Shown piece after piece: positions 1-9,510 of a DNA stretch of 64,000 nucleotides (positions are counted from its first letter, which is position 1; each line of letters begins with the position of its first letter). A program made the translations under genes and the position numbers. The stretch spans positions 24,878 to 88,877 of the forward strand of contig CABZES010000004.1 of the NCBI GenBank assembly GCA_902524805.1, given 5' to 3'. The stretch is from an uncultured SAR86 cluster bacterium. GTDB lineage: Bacteria > Pseudomonadota > Gammaproteobacteria > Magnimaribacterales > AG-339-G14. Under the pieces are notes generated by a model. That model worked only from the letters and a program-made list of their open reading frames with translations, searched no databases and was not told the origin of the DNA.

Positions 1-1500
1 GGAGAAATAGAATTAAATTCATCTAATTTATCTATTTTATCCAAAAGCAAACCTATGCCATTTCAATTAGATGAATATGTCAAAGTAGGTGAAGAAACTA
101 GGCTTAAATACAGATATCTTGATCTTAGAAGATCAGAGATGCAGGAAACTATAAGAATTAGATCTAAAGTTTCAAACGAAATAAGGCAGTTCTTAATATC
201 TAATGATTTTCTAGATATAGAAACTCCTATGATGACTAAGGCAACGCCAGAAGGCGCTAGGGACTTCGTTATTCCAAGTAGAGTCAATCAAGGTAGTTTT
301 TATGCATTACCTCAGTCACCACAACTTTTTAAACAATTATTAATGATCAGCGGATTCGGTAAATATTTTCAAATAGTTAGATGTTTTAGGGACGAAGATA
401 CAAGAAAAGATAGACAACCTGAATTTACCCAAATAGATATCGAATCATCTTTTACCTCAACTGAAGAAGTAATGGACCTTGGAGAAAATTTAATAAAAGA
501 AGTATTTAAAAAGATTTTGAACATTGAGCTAAAAGATTTTCCTGTTATGACTTATTCTGAGTCTATTAAAAAGTTTGGGTCTGACAAGCCTGATCTAAGA
601 AATCCTCTTGAATTGATTGATGTTAAAGATATATTTACTGACTCTGAATTTAAGGTTTTTGGCGATCCTGCCAATGATGCTAAATCGCGTTTGGTTGCTT
701 TAAAAATTTCCTATTCCTTATCTAGAAGTCAGATTGATGATTACACAAAATTTGTAGGGAATTATGGAGCTAAAGGTTTGGCATATATAAAGGTGAATGA
801 TGCGAATGATTTAAAAGAAGGATTGCAATCTCCGATTCTTAAATTTTTATCTGAAACAGAAATAGAGAGCCTTTTTAAAAAGCTTGATATTTCAACCGGA
901 GATACGGTGTTTTTTGGCGCCGGGCATAAAAAAATTGTTAACGAATCTATGGGTGCTTTAAGAGAAAAACTGGGCGCAGATCTTAATTTGGTTGATAAAG
1001 AAAAATGGTCGCCTCTTTGGATCAAAGATTTTCCAGTTTTTGATGAAGCTGAAGATGGATCACTTTCTCCAAGTCATCATCCTTTTACAAGGACTTCTGA
1101 TGATCTAGAAATGTTGGAAAAAAATCCAGCTATGGCAATAGCAGATGCATATGATCTTGTTTTAAACGGTTATGAAATAGGCGGTGGCTCTATGCGTATA
1201 CATAATTCAGAAGAGCAGAGAAAAGTTTTATCTATTTTAGGTATCTCAGAAGAAGAAGCAGAAGAAAAATTTGGTTTTTTTCTTGAAGCTTTGGATTATG
1301 GATGCCCACCTCATGGTGGTATAGCTTTTGGGCTTGATAGATTGGTGATGTTGATCTGTAATAAAGACTCAATTAGAGATGTTATTGCTTTTCCAAAAAC
1401 GCAATCAGCATTTTGTCTTATGACTGGTGCTCCAAGTAATATTTCCGATGATGAGCTTAGGGAATTATCAATCAAAAGCATCATTCAACCTAAGGATTAA
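1..1500 (+). CDS. aspS: aspartate--tRNA ligase, 5' end cut by window edge
   Basis: Frame 1 is open from base 1. Class II aaRS motifs FRDEDTRKDRQPEFTQID, GGGSMRIH and GLDRLVM are present, with the bacterial AspRS insertion domain. Confidence 0.96.
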   Translation, partial: GEIELNSSNLSILSKSKPMPFQLDEYVKVGEETRLKYRYLDLRRSEMQETIRIRSKVSNEIRQFLISNDFLDIETPMMTKATPEGARDFVIPSRVNQGSFYALPQSPQLFKQLLMISGFGKYFQIVRCFRDEDTRKDRQPEFTQIDIESSFTSTEEVMDLGENLIKEVFKKILNIELKDFPVMTYSESIKKFGSDKPDLRNPLELIDVKDIFTDSEFKVFGDPANDAKSRLVALKISYSLSRSQIDDYTKFVGNYGAKGLAYIKVNDANDLKEGLQSPILKFLSETEIESLFKKLDISTGDTVFFGAGHKKIVNESMGALREKLGADLNLVDKEKWSPLWIKDFPVFDEAEDGSLSPSHHPFTRTSDDLEMLEKNPAMAIADAYDLVLNGYEIGGGSMRIHNSEEQRKVLSILGISEEEAEEKFGFFLEALDYGCPPHGGIAFGLDRLVMLICNKDSIRDVIAFPKTQSAFCLMTGAPSNISDDELRELSIKSIIQPKD

Positions 1501-1502
1501 AT

Positions 1503-2231
1503 ATGGCTGGACATTCTAAGTGGGCTAATATTAAGCATCAAAAGGGAAGACAGGATGAAAAACGACAAAAAGTCTTTTCGAAATTAATTAGAGAGATAAC
1601 TGTTGCTGCAAGATTAGGTGGTCCAGATGCTGCGGATAATCCAAGATTGAGACTAGCTTTAGATAGAGCGTTTAGATCAAACATGCCTAAAGATACAATA
1701 GAAAGAGCGGTATCTAGAGGGGCTGGAGATACTGAATCGGAAAATTTAGAAGAAGTTTTATATGAAGGTTATGGTCCTGGAGGGGTAGCTATTTTAGTAG
1801 AGACTATGACCGACAACAGAAATAGAACTGTTGCAGAAGTAAGACATGCTTTCTCTAAAGCCGGGGGAAGTTTAGGGACGGATGGATCGGTATCATATTT
1901 ATTTAAAAAATTTGGACAAATTATTGCAAAAGATTCTGATGAAGATAAGTTATTAGAATTATTAATTTCTACTGGAATAGAGGACTTAGAATCTTTAGAA
2001 AATGGCAGAACTTTGATAAATATGGAAGTTGAAAACTTATCTGCAGTGAAAGAAGTATTAGACTCTGAAACAATAGAAATTGAAGAGAGTGAATTAGTAA
2101 TGAATGCTTCAGTAAATGTTGAGTTGGATGAAGAAACATCTGAAAAAGTAATTAAGTTATTAGAAAATTTAGACGATCTTGATGATGTTCAAAACGTTCA
2201 CTCAAACGCTGAGTTTGTTGATAATCTTTAA
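1503..2231 (+). CDS. yebC: YebC/PmpR (TACO1) family regulator / translation factor
   Basis: N-terminal MAGHSKWANIKH signature; follows aspS as in Pseudomonas and E. coli. Confidence 0.95.
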   Translation: MAGHSKWANIKHQKGRQDEKRQKVFSKLIREITVAARLGGPDAADNPRLRLALDRAFRSNMPKDTIERAVSRGAGDTESENLEEVLYEGYGPGGVAILVETMTDNRNRTVAEVRHAFSKAGGSLGTDGSVSYLFKKFGQIIAKDSDEDKLLELLISTGIEDLESLENGRTLINMEVENLSAVKEVLDSETIEIEESELVMNASVNVELDEETSEKVIKLLENLDDLDDVQNVHSNAEFVDNL

Positions 2232-2236
2232 ATGCA

Positions 2237-2647
2237 ATGACCAATTCAAGAAATAAAGGAGCTGCTTTTGAAAGAGAAATTGCTAATTCTCTTAATGAAG
2301 AATTAAATCTAACGGTACCACTCAAAAGAATCTTAGAACAAACAAGAGAAAAGTTTCTGCCAGATTTAATACTTGGAAATTGGTATCTTGAATGCAAACG
2401 ATATGGACAAGGGAATGAACCAGTCGAAAAATGGTGGTTACAAGTTTTAGACGCTGCTAAAGATAAGGGAATTCCTGCTTTGATATATAAATTTAATAAT
2501 AGGCCAATTAAAGTTAGAGTACCACTACACACTATTAATAATAATTTAATAAAAGATGATCAACTTACTTGCGATTTAGCATGGAAAGAATTTATTTTTA
2601 TTTTAAAAACACTTTATCCGGAAGACATAGCTCGGCACCAAAAGTAA
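2237..2647 (+). CDS. PD-(D/E)XK nuclease, Hjc/phage-type Holliday-junction-resolvase-like
   Basis: KGAAFERE (E12), LPDL (D43) and LECK (E52-x-K54) form the catalytic tetrad pattern. The 136-aa ORF occupies the ruvCAB position between yebC and ybgC. Confidence 0.65.
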   Translation: MTNSRNKGAAFEREIANSLNEELNLTVPLKRILEQTREKFLPDLILGNWYLECKRYGQGNEPVEKWWLQVLDAAKDKGIPALIYKFNNRPIKVRVPLHTINNNLIKDDQLTCDLAWKEFIFILKTLYPEDIARHQK

Positions 2648-2650
2648 TTC

Positions 2651-3052
2651 ATGCATATTGAAGAATATAGGGTTTATTATGAAGACACAGATGCACAAGG
2701 CGTTGTCTATTATGCAAATTATTTAAAATTTTTTGAACGTGCTCGCACAGAGTATTTAAGATCTTTAGGTTACGAGCAAAAAAATTTAATGGAAAAAGGA
2801 ATAATATTCGTAGTTAGAAAAGTGATAGTGCAATATTTATTGCCAGCTAATCTTGATGAACTAATAAAAATAGAGTCTAAATTAGTTGGAGTAAAAAAAG
2901 TTAGTTTCGATTTTTTACAAACAATTTACAACTCTGATGCAGAAAAAATTTGCGAAGCACAGGTATTTTGTGGTTCGATAAATATTGAATCCAAAAAACC
3001 CATGCTGGTTCCTGAGAAACTTCAAATCAACATGATTAAGGAGCTAAATTGA
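2651..3052 (+). CDS. ybgC: tol-pal-associated acyl-CoA thioesterase (4HBT hotdog)
   Basis: YYEDTDAQGVVYYANY motif; lies directly upstream of tolQ and overlaps it. Confidence 0.92.
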   Translation: MHIEEYRVYYEDTDAQGVVYYANYLKFFERARTEYLRSLGYEQKNLMEKGIIFVVRKVIVQYLLPANLDELIKIESKLVGVKKVSFDFLQTIYNSDAEKICEAQVFCGSINIESKKPMLVPEKLQINMIKELN

Positions 3053-3690
3053 ATTCATTTGAATTAGATATTTTTTCTTTATTTCTTCAAGCAAGTTTTG
3101 TAGTACAGCTGGTAATGATTATTTTGCTTTTTGCATCGGTAAGTTCTTGGTGGGTTATTTTTGAAAGATGGACAACTTTAAGCAGAACAAAAAAAGATAT
3201 TTTTAATTTTGAAAAATATTTCTGGTCACAAAAAGAACTTGATAATGTTTTTAAAAATATTTCTAAAAAGCATAAAAAGATTGGATTAGAGCAGATTTTT
3301 TTTGTTGGTTTTGAAGAGTTTAATAAATCAAAGTCCTTAAACGATGCAAAAAAAGTAATGGATATTACAATTTCTAGACACGAACAAGTTTTAGAGAATA
3401 AACTTTCTTTTCTTTCTACAGTTGCTTCTGTAAGTCCTTTTATAGGGCTTTTTGGTACGGTATGGGGAATCATGAACGCCTTCGGAGGACTTGCTCAGTT
3501 GACGCAAGTATCTATTACAGTTGTTGCTCCAGGTATTTCTGAAGCGCTCGTTGCAACAGCATTAGGATTATTTACAGCAATACCTGCTCTTATTTCTTAT
3601 AACTGGAACGTATCTAACATAGATAAAATTCTTAAAAATTATCTTAATTTCAGTGAGGAGCTTTTAATAATCCTTTCTAGAAAAAACTGA
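3049..3690 (+). CDS. tolQ: Tol-Pal system proton channel protein TolQ
   Basis: MotA/TolQ/ExbB family with 3 TM segments; TTG start preceded by AAGGAG; synteny. Confidence 0.94.
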   Translation: MNSFELDIFSLFLQASFVVQLVMIILLFASVSSWWVIFERWTTLSRTKKDIFNFEKYFWSQKELDNVFKNISKKHKKIGLEQIFFVGFEEFNKSKSLNDAKKVMDITISRHEQVLENKLSFLSTVASVSPFIGLFGTVWGIMNAFGGLAQLTQVSITVVAPGISEALVATALGLFTAIPALISYNWNVSNIDKILKNYLNFSEELLIILSRKN

Positions 3691-3694
3691 ATAA

Positions 3695-4120
3695 ATGTAT
3701 TTTTCGAAAAAAAGAAGATACTTAACTGAGATTAACGTCATTCCATATGTTGATGTAATGTTAGTTTTGCTTGTTATTTTCATGGTAACAGCTCCGTTTA
3801 TGATCCAAGGTATAGACATAGATCTTCCTGAAGTTAATTCCCAACCAATAGAAAAAGCAAATTTAGAAAATGTAACTATTTCTATAAATTCAAAAGGAGA
3901 ATATTTTATAGATTTAGATTCTTTGAAAGATGAAACATTTAAAATAAATGAATTAAGGGCAGAAATAACAAAAATACTTAAAAATAATAGCTCTATTGAA
4001 ATTTATATCAGAGCTGATAAAAACGTAATATTTGCTGAAGTTGCAAAATTAATGTCTTTGCTACAAGACTTAAAACCAAGCGCTATAAATTTCATTACTG
4101 AACCAATTGATGACAAATAA
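3695..4120 (+). CDS. tolR: Tol-Pal system protein TolR
   Basis: ExbD/TolR family; N-terminal EINVIPYVDVMLVLLVIF TM segment; synteny. Confidence 0.93.
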   Translation: MYFSKKRRYLTEINVIPYVDVMLVLLVIFMVTAPFMIQGIDIDLPEVNSQPIEKANLENVTISINSKGEYFIDLDSLKDETFKINELRAEITKILKNNSSIEIYIRADKNVIFAEVAKLMSLLQDLKPSAINFITEPIDDK

Positions 4121-4721
4121 TTTAATCGCTTTCCTAAATTCTATATTTTTTCATTTATTTCTATTAGCTATTTTAACTATAGATTTTTCAATTTTCGTGC
4201 CCAAACCAGACAGGGAAAAAATAGTACCCATTGAATTTGTTTCGCTTCCAAGAATGGAAGAGATAAGGCTCAAAAAGAGTAATGATTTTTTGTCAAAAAG
4301 AATAGATGACAATATAAAGGTTGAAAAAGAGATTAAAAAAACGGTTGAAGTTAATAAAAAAAAATTGGGTTTAAATTCTTTAGAAAGCTTAAGGAAGCAA
4401 ATTGAAGATACCAAATTGTCTAAAGAAAAAAAGGAAGTTCAAATAAGGATTTCATTAATTCAGAAAAGGATAAACTCCATATGGAAAAAACCCGCTTTGA
4501 TAAATGAAGATATTCAGACAGAAATTCAAATTAATCTGGCTCCGTCCGGCGAGATATTAAAATATGAAATGATTTCTTCAAGTGGCAATAAAATCTTTGA
4601 TGATTCAACTTTCAGAGCATTATCAAATATTTCTTTCATAACTGAGGTGATAGGTATGGATAGGAAATATTTTGAAAAAAACTTTAGGTCTTTCAACCTA
4701 GTTTTTAAATCAAAGGACTAA
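4107..4721 (+). CDS. tolA: Tol-Pal system protein TolA (short form, 204 aa)
   Basis: N-terminal TM anchor, Lys/Glu-rich linker and a small C-terminal domain; lies between tolR and tolB. Confidence 0.8.
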   Translation: MMTNNLIAFLNSIFFHLFLLAILTIDFSIFVPKPDREKIVPIEFVSLPRMEEIRLKKSNDFLSKRIDDNIKVEKEIKKTVEVNKKKLGLNSLESLRKQIEDTKLSKEKKEVQIRISLIQKRINSIWKKPALINEDIQTEIQINLAPSGEILKYEMISSSGNKIFDDSTFRALSNISFITEVIGMDRKYFEKNFRSFNLVFKSKD

Positions 4722-4725
4722 AGAT

Positions 4726-5991
4726 ATGAAATTTTTAATTATTTGTCTCATATTTTTATCAGCAACAATTGAAGCAAAATTAAAAATAGAAATTTCCCAA
4801 GGATCAAAAGATTTAGCCAAGATAGCTATAGTCCCTTTTAACGACGGAAAAAAAACAAACACTGCTTTATCTAATTTGATTGAAAAAAATTTAACTTTAT
4901 TTGGTGAATTCAAAGCGACTCCTAAAAATGAGATGCTATCTTTTCCAAGCTCTGAAGATAATTTTTTTTACAGAGATTGGAATATTTTAAAAATTGATTA
5001 TGCAGTTATAGGAAAGATAGAAGAAAAAAATAATTCAGAACTTTATATTGAGTATTTTGTTTTTAATGTTCCTCTTAAAAAGCTAATTTTAAGAGGAGAT
5101 ATTACCGGAGATATTAATGAGCTTAGTCAAATTTCAAAGGTTATAAGTAATCGAACATATAAAGCCATTACTGGGTTAGAAGGAATTTTTAATACTAAAT
5201 TAGCGTATATTTTAAATCCTCAAAAAGACATTTATAAGATTTGTGTTTCTGATATAGATGGCTCTAATGAACAAATTCTTTTTGAGTCTACCGCACCATT
5301 GATGTCTCCATCTTGGTCATCAGATTATAAAAAATTAGCTTATGTATCGTTTGAGAAGGGTTACCCTGAAATATATATGCAAGATTTATTTTCTGGTAAA
5401 AGAGAATCAATCAAAACCCTAGGGCTTAGTAACAGCGCTCCCGTATGGTCTCCAGATAATAAAAAATTAGCATTTGTTATGTCCATGTCCGGTAATCCTG
5501 ATATCTATATTTATAATTTAAGAAATAAAAAAATCTCTAGGCATACTACCCATTATGGAATTGATACAGAACCGTCTTGGTCACCGAATAGTAAAAAATT
5601 ACTTTTTACGTCTAACAGGTCTGGATCCCCTCAAATTTATGAATTGACCATCTCTTCAAATAGAATAAAAAGAATTACCTTAGATGGTGATTACAATGCC
5701 AGAGCTAGTTATTTTCCTAATGGAAAAGATATTGTTTTAGTTCATGGAAATAATGGAATTTTTCATATTGGAACAAAAAAAATAAGAAGTAGATTTATAA
5801 ATACTATATCTAAAACAACTTTAGATGAATCTCCAACCATTTCTCCAAATGGCAATATAATTATCTATGCTACAAAAAATAACTCACAAGGGTATCTGGC
5901 CGGATTAACTTTGGACGGAAAATCAAAATTTACTTTGCCCACTAAATTTGGATCAGTTAGAGAACCTGCTTGGTCACCATTGATGAACTAA
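4726..5991 (+). CDS. tolB: Tol-Pal system periplasmic beta-propeller protein TolB
   Basis: Signal peptide and repeated (A/E)P(S/V/A)WSP(D/N/L) propeller blades; synteny. Confidence 0.95.
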   Translation: MKFLIICLIFLSATIEAKLKIEISQGSKDLAKIAIVPFNDGKKTNTALSNLIEKNLTLFGEFKATPKNEMLSFPSSEDNFFYRDWNILKIDYAVIGKIEEKNNSELYIEYFVFNVPLKKLILRGDITGDINELSQISKVISNRTYKAITGLEGIFNTKLAYILNPQKDIYKICVSDIDGSNEQILFESTAPLMSPSWSSDYKKLAYVSFEKGYPEIYMQDLFSGKRESIKTLGLSNSAPVWSPDNKKLAFVMSMSGNPDIYIYNLRNKKISRHTTHYGIDTEPSWSPNSKKLLFTSNRSGSPQIYELTISSNRIKRITLDGDYNARASYFPNGKDIVLVHGNNGIFHIGTKKIRSRFINTISKTTLDESPTISPNGNIIIYATKNNSQGYLAGLTLDGKSKFTLPTKFGSVREPAWSPLMN

Positions 5992-6056
5992 AAAGTTACA
6001 ATTTTGTCAAAAATACAAGAGTTTATTAATTTATAATTCATTTAAAGGAGTTGACA

Positions 6057-6524
6057 ATGAGATTATCAAAGAGTTTTTTACTACTAATTTTAATTCCATT
6101 TATTGCTAGTTGTGCCACCCAAGTTTCCGATTCAATATCCTCGTCGTCATATTCATCCGCAGAGAGCGACGAATATATTTCTGCAGAAAAACTAGAAACG
6201 AATTTAGAAGATTTAATTTACTTCGAATTTGATAAAGCCTCTTTAAGTGCAGATTCAAAAGCTTTAATTTCAAATTACGTTAAATTTGCAAAGAATGCAA
6301 AAGCTATCAGATTAGAAGGTCACTGCGATGAAAGGGGAACAAGAGAATATAATTTGGCTCTTGGAGAAAAAAGAGCAATTGAGGTTAAAAATTATCTAAT
6401 TATCAAAGGTGTATCTTCGTCAAAAATTAAAGTAATTTCATACGGAGAAGAGAAACCGATAGATATCAATTCAAGCGAAAGCGCTTGGAAAAAAAACAGA
6501 AGGGTTGAAATTTCACTATTCTAA
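6057..6524 (+). CDS. pal: peptidoglycan-associated lipoprotein Pal
   Basis: Lipobox FIASC and an OmpA-like C-terminal domain ending in NRRVEI. ATG at 6057 follows AAAGGAG; the track ORF begins 6 nt earlier at a TTG. Confidence 0.94.
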   Translation: MRLSKSFLLLILIPFIASCATQVSDSISSSSYSSAESDEYISAEKLETNLEDLIYFEFDKASLSADSKALISNYVKFAKNAKAIRLEGHCDERGTREYNLALGEKRAIEVKNYLIIKGVSSSKIKVISYGEEKPIDINSSESAWKKNRRVEISLF

Positions 6525-6528
6525 TTAG

Positions 6529-7236
6529 ATGAAAAAGTTTATTTTTTATTTTTTAATGCTGAGCTCAATTGGCTTAAATGCTCAGACAAATAATGAATCA
6601 ATAGATTTAATTATAGAAAAAATAGAAAATCTAGAAATAGAATTGGCTAGACTAGCTAATCAAATTGATTCTAATACGTTTGAAGTCCAAAAGTTAGATG
6701 AGTCAAATCAGGCTAGATACGTAGATTTGGATAAAAGAATTCACGAACTTGAAGCAATAATCCTCTTATCTAAAGAGGAAGTAGAGGAAGAAACGAACGA
6801 AGAACTTAAATTAGAAAATCCTTTAGCTGAATTGATTGAAAAAGACGGTGAAGAGGAAGAATTTACTTTATGGTCAAATACTCTTAGATTAATTGATAAT
6901 TCTAGATACTCTGAAGCAGCTGAAAATTTGAGATTTTTAATATTATCTTATCCAAATGGTGCTTATTTAGTTGATTCATATTTTTGGTTAGGAGAAATAT
7001 ATTTCTTACAGGAAATGAATGAAGACGCATACGAGACATATTTTTCACTAATTAATAATTTTCCCGATCATGAGCGAGTTTCCACTTCTTTGTACAAGTT
7101 AGGACTTATTTCTATAAAGTTAGATAAAAATGAAGAGGCTATTGCTTTTTTTGAGCGAGTGATTCTTAATTACCCGAATTCAGGCTCTTCAGTATTGTCT
7201 GAACAAGAATTAGTCAAATTAAAAAAGTTGATTTGA
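6529..7236 (+). CDS. cpoB: cell division coordinator CpoB (YbgF), TPR protein
   Basis: Signal peptide, coiled-coil N-terminal half and C-terminal TPR repeats; last gene of the tol-pal cluster. Confidence 0.9.
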   Translation: MKKFIFYFLMLSSIGLNAQTNNESIDLIIEKIENLEIELARLANQIDSNTFEVQKLDESNQARYVDLDKRIHELEAIILLSKEEVEEETNEELKLENPLAELIEKDGEEEEFTLWSNTLRLIDNSRYSEAAENLRFLILSYPNGAYLVDSYFWLGEIYFLQEMNEDAYETYFSLINNFPDHERVSTSLYKLGLISIKLDKNEEAIAFFERVILNYPNSGSSVLSEQELVKLKKLI

Positions 7237-7242
7237 TATAAT
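7234..7242 (+). promoter_or_regulatory. candidate extended -10 element (TGaTATAAT) for tRNA-Lys
   Basis: TGATATAAT ends 9 nt before tRNA position 1 and overlaps the cpoB stop codon. I found no convincing -35. Confidence 0.35.
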
Positions 7243-7251
7243 TATCTTAAT

Positions 7252-7327
7252 GGGTCGTTAGCTCAGTTGGTAGAGCAGTTGGCTTTTAATCAATTGGTCA
7301 TAGGTTCGAATCCTATACGACCCACCA
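7252..7327 (+). tRNA. tRNA-Lys (anticodon UUU), CCA encoded
   Basis: 76-nt cloverleaf folded by hand: acceptor GGGTCGT/ACGACCC, D arm GCTC..GAGC, anticodon loop CTTTTAA, T arm ATAGG-TTCGAAT-CCTAT, then A-CCA. The position after cpoB matches E. coli lysT. Confidence 0.95.
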
Positions 7328-7336
7328 ATTTATAAA

Positions 7337-7702
7337 ATGATTTATTTGTTTATAGGAATCGGTGGAGCATTAGGGGCTTCTTTAAGATTTTATTTTTCCA
7401 ATTTTATCTCGCAGTTTTCATTATTTGGCATTCCTTTAGGAACTATGATGGTTAATTTAATAGGATGCTTCATAGTTGGTTTTTTTATTGCAAATCAAGA
7501 AGAGGGAAATTCCTTCTTTTTAAATAATTTTTTTGTAATAGGTTTTTTGGGATCATTTACAACTTTTTCTGCTTTCACAAAAGAGGCTTTAATTTTTTAC
7601 AACAATGAAAATTTCTTTACTTTATTGATTTATATTTTTTTAACCTTAACTTTATGCTTGTTCTCTACTTATTTAGGTTTTAAGATTTTTCAAAATGGAT
7701 AA
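7337..7702 (+). CDS. crcB: fluoride ion channel CrcB/Fluc
   Basis: 121 aa, 4 TM segments, N-terminal GGALGASLRF motif. Confidence 0.9.
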   Translation: MIYLFIGIGGALGASLRFYFSNFISQFSLFGIPLGTMMVNLIGCFIVGFFIANQEEGNSFFLNNFFVIGFLGSFTTFSAFTKEALIFYNNENFFTLLIYIFLTLTLCLFSTYLGFKIFQNG

Positions 7703-8036
7703 AACAATATTTCAAAAAATAATAGAAAAAGAAATACCATCAGATATAATTTTTGAAGATGAATTATGTATTGTTATTAAAGATATTAATCCTCAAGCTC
7801 CAATACATTTACTAATTATTCCTAAGAAACCAATTCCTAAACTCGCAGATGCGAGTAAAGATGACTTAGAAATACTTGGGCATTTAATGTTAATAGTTGG
7901 AAACATGTCTAGACAATTTAATGTTGAAGATGCCTTTAACGTGGTAATTAATAACGGAGAGAAGGCTGGCCAAACAGTTTTTCACTTACATATTCACTTG
8001 CTAGCTGGAAATGATAAGTTAAATTTACCTAAATAG
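7695..8036 (+). CDS. hinT: HIT-family purine nucleoside phosphoramidase
   Basis: TIFQKIIEKEIPSDI N-terminus and histidine triad HLHIHLL. Confidence 0.92.
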   Translation: MDKTIFQKIIEKEIPSDIIFEDELCIVIKDINPQAPIHLLIIPKKPIPKLADASKDDLEILGHLMLIVGNMSRQFNVEDAFNVVINNGEKAGQTVFHLHIHLLAGNDKLNLPK

Positions 8037-8042
8037 AATAAT

Positions 8043-9473
8043 TTAGGTTAGATCCTTTAAAGCCCTTTTTGTTTGATAAATCTGCTCTAACTTATTGATG
8101 ATACTTTCTCTTATTTCAAAGAAATTTTTGGATAATTTTAAGCCTTCTCTTAATTGATATATGGCCGAATCATATCTTCCAGTAAGAACAAAGTATTCAG
8201 CTCTAGACCTATGAAGACCAATTATATTTCCCGATAAGCCCTGTGCTTCTGCAAGCTCGTACCATACAAAAGGGTCTTCAGGATTTATTTTAGATAAGTT
8301 TATTAATACTTCCTCAGCTTTATCTGGGTCACCATTTAAAATATAAGCTTTAGATAAATAATAAGAAATAAAATAATTGTCAGTGTGAACTTTAAGTAAT
8401 TCTTCACCAAGAGAAATTGCTTCAGGAGAATTTTCTTCAGCTAAATAGATTTCTAAAATATTAGTTTGAAAAATCAAATTAGTAGGATTTTCTTTAACTA
8501 GTTCACTTGCAATTTTGATAGCTTCATCAAATTTCTTTTGCTCTTTTAACGTTAAAGAAAGTCCGTATTTATTTGAGGTAGATATTTTTGAATTAAGATT
8601 ATTTTTCAATTTTGAAATATAAAGATCCTCAAGAGACTTCATATTCTTAGAATTATTCACTTCAGCTCTAGCTTTTACTAAATAAAATTCTAGCGAATTT
8701 CTATATGATTTTTTATCATCTATCGACGTTTCTCTTATTCTTGCATCCGTTATTCTCTCTTTTGGAATAGGGTGAGTAAAAAGGTATGAATATTCCTCAT
8801 TAATTCCTCCTTGAGTCTTTTGTAGGATTTGGAACATTTGAGATTGGGATTTAGGATCAAAACCAGCATTGACCAAATTTCTAAATCCAATTCGATCTGC
8901 TTCTCTTTCATTATCTCTCGTATAGTTTGTTGCCAGCTGTTGGATCAAAGCAGGAGCAATTAAAATTGCTTGCGGATTAGCAGTGACAACTGCTGTTGCA
9001 ACACTTCCAAGAAGAATTAAGGCATTTGTTAAAGGAGAGGAATTCTGTTGTGATCTCGCATAATGTCTTTGACTTAAATGAGCAAGTTCGTGACACATAA
9101 CTGAAGCAAATTGACCTTCCGTCTCTGTTTTCAAAAACATACCAGTATTGATTCCAATTATGCCTCCAGGTGCTGCAAAGGCATTAATTGACGCATCGTC
9201 CAAAATAATAAATTCATATCTTCGATCTCTTACTTCACTACTTTCAGAAATTCTATATATAAAATCCTTGACGTAACTCTTAGTAATAGGATCGTTATAT
9301 TCTTTTGCTGAGCTTCGGAATAAAGATAACCATAATCTGCCAAGATCATATTCACCTGCCAGAGAAATCGATCCCGATGACGCGTCTCCTAAAGAAGGTA
9401 AGGAATCATTATTTTGAGCATTGGCCAAAACTCCAAATAAAGACAATAAAATCAAAAATAAATAAGTTTTCAT
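8043..9473 (-). CDS. bepA: periplasmic M48 metalloprotease/chaperone BepA (YfgC) with TPR domain
   Basis: Signal peptide, HELAH zinc motif and C-terminal TPR repeats. Confidence 0.88.
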   Translation of the reverse strand: MKTYLFLILLSLFGVLANAQNNDSLPSLGDASSGSISLAGEYDLGRLWLSLFRSSAKEYNDPITKSYVKDFIYRISESSEVRDRRYEFIILDDASINAFAAPGGIIGINTGMFLKTETEGQFASVMCHELAHLSQRHYARSQQNSSPLTNALILLGSVATAVVTANPQAILIAPALIQQLATNYTRDNEREADRIGFRNLVNAGFDPKSQSQMFQILQKTQGGINEEYSYLFTHPIPKERITDARIRETSIDDKKSYRNSLEFYLVKARAEVNNSKNMKSLEDLYISKLKNNLNSKISTSNKYGLSLTLKEQKKFDEAIKIASELVKENPTNLIFQTNILEIYLAEENSPEAISLGEELLKVHTDNYFISYYLSKAYILNGDPDKAEEVLINLSKINPEDPFVWYELAEAQGLSGNIIGLHRSRAEYFVLTGRYDSAIYQLREGLKLSKNFFEIRESIINKLEQIYQTKRALKDLT

Positions 9474-9510
9474 ATAGAATATTGAACATTATAAAAAACA
9501 ATGTTGCTAA

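Noticed and set aside
2152-2532. 126-aa minus-strand ORF overlapping the yebC 3' end and the Hjc-like gene. The same goes for the other antisense ORFs in the track, for example 63-287, 762-1025, 3087-3473, 4151-4414, 27028-27360, 29589-29858, 45449-45706 and 46665-47033.
   Set aside because: Each lies entirely antisense to a well-supported conserved gene. Their composition is low-complexity (Ser/Leu/Ile/Phe-rich), as expected for shadow frames in AT-rich DNA, and I saw no recognisable motifs or SD.
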